From Tubiluchus corallicola (Eukaryota; Animalia; Priapulida): DNA of 18,101 nt. The stretch spans positions 1-18,101 of the forward strand of contig JAQGDQ010002004.1 of NCBI GenBank assembly GCA_030141605.1. The letters run 5' to 3'. This document shows, in pieces, positions 10,443-18,101 of this stretch. The notes under the pieces are model-generated. The model had not been told where the DNA came from, did not search any database, and saw only the letters and a list, made by a program, of their open reading frames with translations. Position 1 is the stretch's first letter; each line of letters starts with the position of its first letter. A program made the position numbers and the translations under genes.

Positions 10443-10509
10443 CTAAAAAAAATTGTAGTTTCACTTACGAAGTACAAAAACCATACACTTCTACAAACAG
10501 TTGAGTTAA

Positions 10510-10806
10510 CCCTTTCAGTCCCAAATTATTTTTTAATAAGAAAAAAATTTTGGCTATTGTTCAGTATGTCAATCTTGTTTACACATAATCTGTACAAAGT
10601 CGTCTCTAAAGTACTGTACCTTGCGCAGTTTTTTATGCTATGTAGATTTTCTAGTTTGCCATTTTATCACCATTTTTAGTCTTTTGTTATTGGCTTAAAT
10701 CAAAATAACTATTAAGAGATCAAATAACTGTCAGTTTTGAAATTTTATTAATTTTAAAGGCAGAAAATGTTCTCGTATCCCACGGGATACAACGGGTATG
10801 AAAGGG
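10510..10806. mobile_element. piggyBac-type MITE, second family (297 bp)
   Basis: TTAA|CCCTTTCAGTCCC ... GGGTATGAAAGGG|TTAA (11/13 TIR); subterminal palindrome GTATCCCACGGGATAC. Confidence 0.85.
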
Positions 10807-10859
10807 TTAATTTCCTTGATGTATTTGTTATAACTGTAAACATGTAAAAAAAAATAAGT

Positions 10860-10972
10860 GGAGTTCTTGGCAAGGTCTTTTCAAAAGAAAGCAGACGGAG
10901 GTAATTGTAACCACGAATTCCGCACGCATATCTAACTTGAAGAGCCTTTTTGATCGTTTTATTGTTCCAACT
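10860..10972 (-). pseudogene. P-element/THAP-family transposase fragment
   Basis: SWNNKTIKKALQVRYACGIRGYNYLR..LSFEKTL resembles the WSxxTIKKALxLRxxCGxxGYxxLR..LPSxRTL segment of P-superfamily transposases (recalled motif, not searched). Confidence 0.65.
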
Positions 10973-11108
10973 GTTATGCATAAGAATTCACATTTTTAGC
11001 AATGGCGGCTCGTAGGTAAAATTAGTGGGATGCTGCTTCAGAAAATTTTTAGTCGTTGTTTTAATGCTGTGTAAAACGTAACAAACACATGTAACCTTTG
11101 TGTTGTAG

Positions 11109-11246
11109 TTATATTTGAAGATCGGGTGATGAAGGGCCTCTTTTCTTAACTGCAACTTTCTCATGAAGAGACAGCTGCGAAAAATTAAGCTGCTGTAGTT
11201 CACTTACAGTCACAGAACTTATTTCTTGGGGATGCAAGGCGTCCAT
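11109..11246 (-). pseudogene. hAT (Tip100/ZMYM1-like) transposase N-terminal fragment
   Basis: MDALHPQEISSVTVSELQQLNFSQLSLHEKVAVKKRGPSSPDLQI* resembles the FSxLSLxEKxxIKxxGxxxPDLxI segment upstream of the TTF zinc finger; premature stop; too short for the ORF track. Confidence 0.55.
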
Positions 11247-11664
11247 TATTAAATAATTTATGTTTTAAGCATACACGTTAAGTTTACACTTTATCATATC
11301 CAAGCATATGATGGTACCCCTGATGGTACACGGTAAGCACGTGGCAATTGTTACTGTGTTCGAGACAGTACTTTTTTACCTAGCAGCAGATGCTAGCATA
11401 CAACGTGTTATCTCAGACATGTGCGTATGGCCGCATGCGCACAACAGCCAAACGTTGCTCTACCCTCACGTGCTCCGGTTCCGCACAAGTATAAAAAAGA
11501 ATTAAAGAAAAAAAAACATTATATTGAATATTATTGATATGCTGCAGTTCCACAGTACCTATACACGTTACATCACTTGGCAGGGCGCTTATTTAACGTG
11601 ATATTGAACAGTGTTCTGGAAAAAGGCTACAATAAACATTGTTCTATAGCTGAAAGGTGTATTA

Positions 11665-12248
11665 GGCCTATTTCACACTGAGGACGCGCAGCAAAATTCC
11701 TCGTGCATTTCCTGCTGCCGGCTAGGAGCTATGCGTCCTCCTCGTGAGGAATTTTGCTGCATGGTTGCGGAATTCAGGCTTAAATTTAACTACTCAATTA
11801 CTTCTTTCTTATTTAACGAACAACCATTAACACATTTCAGCATAAAATTATAAGATTTAATCTCTCTTTTAACAGACTGACGTTTTCATGTTTTGTTAAT
11901 ACAACATCGATGGCTATATCCACGAAAAAAAAGCACGCACACAATTATTTTATACATGTATATTTTCAGATTTTGAAGTAGTTAGTAGAACTTCACTAAA
12001 AACCAAACAGGTCTGACATTACATTGACTAACATTATTAAATGTACTTTGCATATGAGAAATACAGCAAGTATAACTTCATTTAGACGTAGTTATACAGT
12101 ATAAAAGTCGGACACGCACGGACAGGTTTCACTGTGAAATGAACTTTCTTACAGCGTGGGATTTCGGGAAAAATCGGAAATTTTCAGAAAATTTTATGAC
12201 AGAATTCCTTGCGTCATTTTTCTTTGCGTCCTCAATGTGAAATGAACC
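11665..12248. mobile_element. PIF/Harbinger-type MITE (584 bp)
   Basis: TTA|GGCCTATTTCACACTGAGGACGC ... GCGTCCTCAATGTGAAATGAACC|TTA: 23-bp imperfect TIR with a 3-bp TTA TSD. Confidence 0.85.
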
Positions 12249-12458
12249 TTAGAAATTAACGATGTATAGTTTAAGAATGAACACAATGTTAGTCCATTGC
12301 GCTTAACATCTGTTCAACGTAAAATAATTAACTCCAGTTGATTCTTAGCGAACGAAATATTCAATCCTTAAAAGTTTTTTCCAATTTCTTATATCGGAAA
12401 GTCTTTGTGTCACCCAAGAAACTAATATGAAATAACTAATCAGAACATTATATCTTAC

Positions 12459-12553
12459 CTTTCACCACGATAGTACCAAGAATATGGATTGCCGATTTGA
12501 GATGTAAAGAAATTAATACTTGCATCACTTTCCTTACAGGCTTGCACAGCTGC
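12459..12553 (-). CDS. C1A protease exon
   Basis: CTCAG acceptor after a pyrimidine tract (phase 0), AG|GTAAGA donor (phase 2). Encodes AAVQACKESDASINFFTSQIGNPYSWYYRGE, supplying the Cys after the YPY-equivalent; phases fit both neighbours. Confidence 0.85.
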
Positions 12554-12692
12554 CTGAGTTAAAAAAGAAAGCAAAACTTAATATTTCACATTTATTACAG
12601 TTATATATATATAGTTTTGGCTTAAAATATTTAGGTTTTTTTGCATAAAAGTTTTACACAGATATAGGATCTGTGAAATCGTAGTTTCCACT

Positions 12693-14511
12693 GTAGAGAG
12701 GTTCTCACTGGCACACACTCGTTGAGGGGTTCTCACTGGCACACACTCGTTGAGGGGCTCTCACTGGCACATGCTCGTTGAGGGGTTCTCACTGGCACAC
12801 ACTCGTTGAGGGGCTCTCACTGGTACATGCTCGTTGAGGGGTTCTCACTGGCACACACTCGTTGAGGGGCTCTCACTGGCACATGCTCGTTGAGGGGTTC
12901 TCACTGGCACACACTCGTTGAGGGGCTCTCACTGGCACATGCTCGTTGAGGGGCTCTCACTGGCATACACTCGTTGAGGGGCTCTCACTGGCACATGCTC
13001 GTTGAGATGTTCTCACTGGCACACACTCGTTGAGGGGCTCTCACTGAAATATGCTCGTTGAGGGGTTCTCACTGGCACACACTCGTTGAGGGGCTCTCAC
13101 TGGCACATGCTCGTTGAGATGTTCTCACTGGCACACACTCGTTGAGGGGCTCTCACTGAAATATGCTCGTTGAGGGGTTCTCACTGGCACACACTCGTTG
13201 AGGGGCTCTCACTGAAATATGCTCGTTGAGGGGTTCTCACTGGCACACACTCGTTGAGGGGCTCTCACTGGTACATGCTCGTTGAGGGGTTCTCACTGGC
13301 ACACACTCGTTGAGGGGTTCTCACTGGCACATGCTCGTTGAGGGGCTCTCACTGGCACACACTCGTTGAGGGGCTCTCACTGAAATATGCTCGTTGAGGG
13401 GCTCTCACTGGCATACACTCGTTGAGGGGCTCTCACTGAAACATGCTCATAGAGAGGTTCTCAGTGGCACACACTCGTTGAGGGGCTCTCACTGAAACAT
13501 GCTCGTAGAGAGGTTCTCAATGGCACATGTTCGTAGAGAAGTTCTCACTGGAACATGTTCGTAGAGAGGCTCTCACTGGAACATGTTCGTAGAGAAGTTC
13601 TCACTGGAACACACTCGTTGAGGGGCTCTCACTGAAACATGCTCGTAGAGAGGTTCTCAATGGCACATGTTCGTAGAGAAGCTCTCACTGGAACATGTTC
13701 GTAGAGAGGCTCTCACTGGAACATGTTCGTAGAGAAGTTCTCACTGGAACATGTTCGTAGAGAAGCTCTCACTGGAACACACTCGTTGAGGGGCTCTCAC
13801 TGGAACATGTTCGTAGAGAAGCTCTCACTGGAACACACTCGTTGAGGGGCTCTCACTGAAACATGCTCGTAGAGAGGTTCTCAATGGCACACCCTCGTTG
13901 AGGAGCTCTCACTGGAACATGTTCGTAGAGAGGTTCTCACTGGAACATGTTCGTAGAGAAGCTCTCACTGGCACATGTTCGTAGAGAAGCTCTCACTGGA
14001 ACATGTTCGTAGAGAAGCTCTCACTGGCACATGTTCGTAGAGAAGCTCTCACTGGCACATGTTCGTAGAGAAGCTCTCACTGGAACATGTTCGTAGAGAG
14101 GCTCTCACTGGAACATGTTCGTAGAGAAGCTCTCACTGGCACATGTTCGTAGAGAAAGTCTCACTGGAACATGTTCGTAGAGAGGCTCTCACTGGAACAT
14201 GTTCGTAGAGAAGCTCTCACTGGAACATGTTCGTAGAGGGGCTCTCACTGGAACATGTTCGTAGAGAAGCTCTCACTGGAACATGTTCGTAGAGAGGCTC
14301 TCACTGGAACATGCTCGTAGAGAGGTTCTCACTGGCACATGTTCGTAGAGAAGCTCTCACTGGAACATGTTCGTAGAGAGGTTCTCACTGGCACATGTTC
14401 GTAGAGAAGCTCTCACTGGAACATGTTCGTAGAGAGGCTCTCACTGGCACATGTTCGTAGAGAAGCTCTCACTGGAACATGTTCGTAGAGAGGCTCTCAC
14501 TGGCCCATGCT
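12693..14511. repeat. 28-bp minisatellite, 65 units, intronic
   Basis: (T/C)TCTCACTGG-type anchor recurs from 12702 to 14494, which is exactly 64 x 28 bp. Confidence 0.97.
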
Positions 14512-15140
14512 TGTCATAATAATGGTTATCGAGTTTATATGCCAAAAATCCTCAAAGCTGCTTGGGATCTTGACTGTTTGCTAATGGCTGATTTTGGCTG
14601 ATTATCATACAAGCTGGTTTCATGGTTGAAATTTAGTTTTGTTCATGTTCACAATAATTTCAAGTTTAATCGTAAAATCATTATAAACATTGATAAACTG
14701 CTGAAGTCCCAAAGTGGTGGGAACCAATGAACATACATCATATGCATAGGACAGGTGATTGCAGTAAATGTCTCCTACAGTGCATCCTATTTTAGAAGTA
14801 GGTAAATTTACACTCAGTTCATAAAAATGACAGTTAAAAAGTTTTGGGGAAAGAATACCTCCTTGCCTGAGCCCATTTCACATGAATATTGAAGTCCACC
14901 CCACCTTACAGCCCGCCATACACTGTTTTATGTACCTATAATATAAGGTTACAATAACCGAATAAATTCAATTCGTGGCAGAGCGTGTCTATATGGGAGG
15001 AAAAGTTGAAAGAAAAGGAAACTCCAAATTTGTTTAGTGGCTTTTGAAACACCCTGTATATTGAATCAATGTAATAAATGTTACATCTTATTGCTTGGGA
15101 CAGACACAAAACTAGAATAAAATGAAAAATCGTTTCTTAC

Positions 15141-15320
15141 GATATATTGGTATTGAGATTGAACTGCCTGCTTGCCATTCCAGAACATCCACCAGAATAC
15201 ATTGTAAGGTAATCCACCTCCACATCCATTAGTATACACGCTGCAATCCACTACATGCTGTGTGCTGACATGTTGTGGTTTTCCACTTTTTACACACGAC
15301 ATTGTTTCAAGCGCTTCCAT
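15141..15320 (-). CDS. C1A protease exon (SxQxxVDC, GCxGG)
   Basis: CATAG acceptor, ATC|GTAAGA donor, phase 0/0. Encodes MEALETMSCVKSGKPQHVSTQHVVDCSVYTNGCGGGLPYNVFWWMFWNGKQAVQSQYQYI. Confidence 0.92.
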
Positions 15321-15413
15321 CTATGCGTAGAAGGAAAAGGGATAAATTAAATTTGACACGTTTATCATCTAAAATTTTGCTGTAGTTAAAATGATACTTA
15401 GTTTCTGGTTATT

Positions 15414-15968
<555 letters not shown>

Positions 15969-16145
15969 AATTTATGTATACTTGGTTAGTTTTGGTATCT
16001 CTGCACCGATGTAGATATTACATAATATTACTGCATTAGTTATGCTTTACGGAATGTTGTTATTATTCACAATGTTGCACTATACTGTATCACAAAGATG
16101 CACAATATTATTGAAGAAATACCAGAAAAAGGTTGCAATACTCAC

Positions 16146-16178
16146 AGAGGCAAAGGCATAGCAGCTACCGCAATTTCC
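16146..16178 (-). CDS. C1A protease 33-nt micro-exon carrying the catalytic Cys
   Basis: TTATTTCTACAG|GGAAATTGCGGTAGCTGCTATGCCTTTGCCTCT|GTGAGT = GNCGSCYAFAS; phase 0/0, joins MEALE. Confidence 0.92.
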
Positions 16179-16670
16179 CTGTAGAAATAAAACGAGTAAT
16201 CGTAATAATTTTTTCTGCATTCACACTAAGAATGTTCATTTTAGAATGTTCACTTCAACAATAGCAGAATAATCTTTAATATAGCCTTTAGAGGAGATAT
16301 AAAAAAAAACCGAGATATCACATCAGCATAAAACTGCAAAAGCCTAAAATTCAACAAATTGTAAGAGGGACAAACAGCCCTTAAGTATTTATACCGACAG
16401 ACGGGGAACATATTGCTGCCATGCTGGTTGGGGGTGGGGGTGGAGGCAGATCTCGAGCGGTTTAAAAAGCAAGATGACCAATCCATGCTACAGATAACCA
16501 AAATAATAAAAAAATATTAGAATATGGCGCCAGATTCTGCGCCTCCGATATTTATTTTACTTTTCTACATTTTCGCTTTTGGTTTTTACTGATTAAAGGA
16601 AAGGGCCAGCTAGAAAATGCGTAATTATACAGGCATTATGAACAAAGTAATGAACAAACAGCAGAAACAT

Positions 16671-16855
16671 TTAAGGGAAACTTCAAACCTTCTAGGAGGA
16701 TAGCCTTATTTCAATGTTAACGAAAACGGTTAGAACGATTTACTAATACTGCAATAAGCGCCTCGTGTAATTAGTAAATTCACTTTGAAGTCGCGATCAC
16801 TTCCTGCTTGGGCGCCCCATTTTCAATTCCATTGTTCCACCAATGACGTCACTAA
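16671..16855 (-). mobile_element. Inverted copy of the Kolobok-like family terminus seen at 4328-4761
   Basis: Reverse complement shares TGACGTCA, TTTACTAATTACAC, CACGAGGCGCTTATTGC, AACATTGAAAT and ends TTTCCC|TTAA. Confidence 0.65.
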
Positions 16856-17291
16856 AACGAACACACTGAATGACAAACTTCGTCCGTTTATGGTCACGAG
16901 TTCCGACTGACTTTTATACCTTGCAAAGTCTATTCGCCCTGTTGGGTTAAGATTTGGGCTTTAGCAGCCCAGGGACCTCTACCAGCTAAGGGCTTCCAGA
17001 GATAAAGTGAAATTAATTTACTATGAAAGTTTACTACAGAATGAGAGTAGAAGTTTGCTGAATTATCTTTTTAAAAGGACTCAATTCATTAATATACTGT
17101 ATAACACACTGGAATTGTTTCTAGTCCATTATTCCAAGTCACTGGTCCCGCCACGGCAGTATCTTTTTATTGTAACTTTTGTAAGTATTATATTTAATAT
17201 GTAAAAACGTAATTAAAACTTTGTAATTAATTTTGTAAATATCAGAGCATCTCTTCTCTTTTTGTTGTGTTAGACTTGCACCCATCTATGT

Positions 17292-17467
17292 GGGCCTAAT
17301 GTTGGCATTATGTTGCAGAAGTTGAATAAACTGATTTGGAGAATCCAACATTCATGGTTTTGATAATTGTCACTGGGGGGCCTAATGTTGGCATTATGTT
17401 GCAGAAGTTGAATAAACTGATTTGGAGAATCCAACATTCATGGTTTTGATAATTGTCACTGGGGGCC
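17292..17467. repeat. Near-perfect 86-bp tandem duplication
   Basis: CCTAATGTTGGCATTATG...AATTGTCACTGGGGG at 17295 and 17381; differs by one G. Confidence 0.95.
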
Positions 17468-18031
17468 GGGGGCCCACAGTACCAGTAGCCCCGGGGGCTG
17501 CAAAATCAAAATCCGACCCTCTCTATTCTATGCCACTTGGTGCCCTATAAAAGCCTGCCTACATCTTGTGATATAAGTAACTCAAGCTTGAATGGTTAGT
17601 TTTAAACTGAATTTTATCTTAATCTCCTATTCAAGGTGACTGAGTACTTACAAAAATCTGTAGAATATGCGTAAAGTGAATTTGCCCGATATAGTTTTGA
17701 GTCTAAGTGAACTGTGACCTAGTTGCTGTAGGTATAATGTGATGTGTACCACAGCAACGCGTCTTAACTACAACCGTCATATAACATGTGTGTAAATTAA
17801 AGCCGTCTGCTGCATAAGTTCAGCAACTTCAGTTGTTTACATGGATTTTACTTAATTATGCATTAGTCTGTGGGTAGAGTGATTTACTAGGAGGATCTTG
17901 CTTGGGAACAATAAAAAATAAACTACGTAAGGATCTAGCTATCACTTAAAACTATTACTATTACAATAGTATGAGCTGCGAGGCGTTGTCAACTGTACAC
18001 AAATACATTGTCTAGTAGACTTAACTTTGAC

Positions 18032-18060
18032 CTTTTCACGATCATCATCAATCGCTGGAA
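18032..18060 (-). CDS. Possible upstream protease exon (start of mature domain), tentative
   Basis: GCCTTTTTACAG acceptor followed by xPAIDDDREK, spaced like xPxxxDWRxK but lacking Trp; donor uncertain (AAG|GTCAAA). Confidence 0.25.
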
Positions 18061-18101
18061 CTGTAAAAAGGCTTGTTCCGAGAAAAAATACTCATTAACA
18101 G

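Noticed and set aside
12693-14511. CRISPR-like array
   Set aside because: Units are head-to-tail with no unique spacers, there are no cas genes, and the context is a eukaryotic intron.
14860-14935. Possible extra protease exon on - (AG..GT bounded)
   Set aside because: Stops in all three frames from the acceptor, and the flanking exons already join correctly.
15040-15058. Tc1/mariner-like end TTTTGAAACACCCTG|TA
   Set aside because: No matching partner terminus found; too short to call.
16250-16501. ORF containing MDWSS...TPTPNQ as the missing DWR..NQ exon
   Set aside because: Spacing is wrong and there is no GT donor after the Gln codon.

Overview
AT-rich, intron-containing animal (probably invertebrate) genomic DNA, not prokaryotic. 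Two spliced genes converge. (1) On +, the last three coding exons (1150-1288, 2273-2378, 3000-3119) of a class C GPCR of the GPR158/GPR179/CG31760 type (TM5-TM7 plus a short 39-aa tail). (2) On -, six exons (16146-16178, 15141-15320, 12459-12553, 10345-10442, 8642-8822, 8010-8133) that splice in frame into 236 aa of a papain-family (C1A) cysteine protease. The Cys/His/Asn triad is intact, the sequence mixes cathepsin C-like and cathepsin O-like motifs, and there is an unusual ~27-aa insertion just before the catalytic His. Neither gene's 5' end was identified here. Introns and the intergenic region are packed with small mobile elements recognisable from termini and target-site duplications: piggyBac-type MITEs, Kolobok-type TTAA elements, hAT MITEs, a PIF/Harbinger MITE, a solo LTR, a 5'-truncated LINE and hAT/P transposase relics. 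There are also a 72-bp and a 28-bp minisatellite and long (GA)n tracts. Most ORF-track entries are repeat or low-complexity artefacts. All family assignments are from motif recognition by eye, not searches. I see no proven new system; the best leads are the protease's active-site insertions and the exon-like architecture of the 72-bp intronic repeat.
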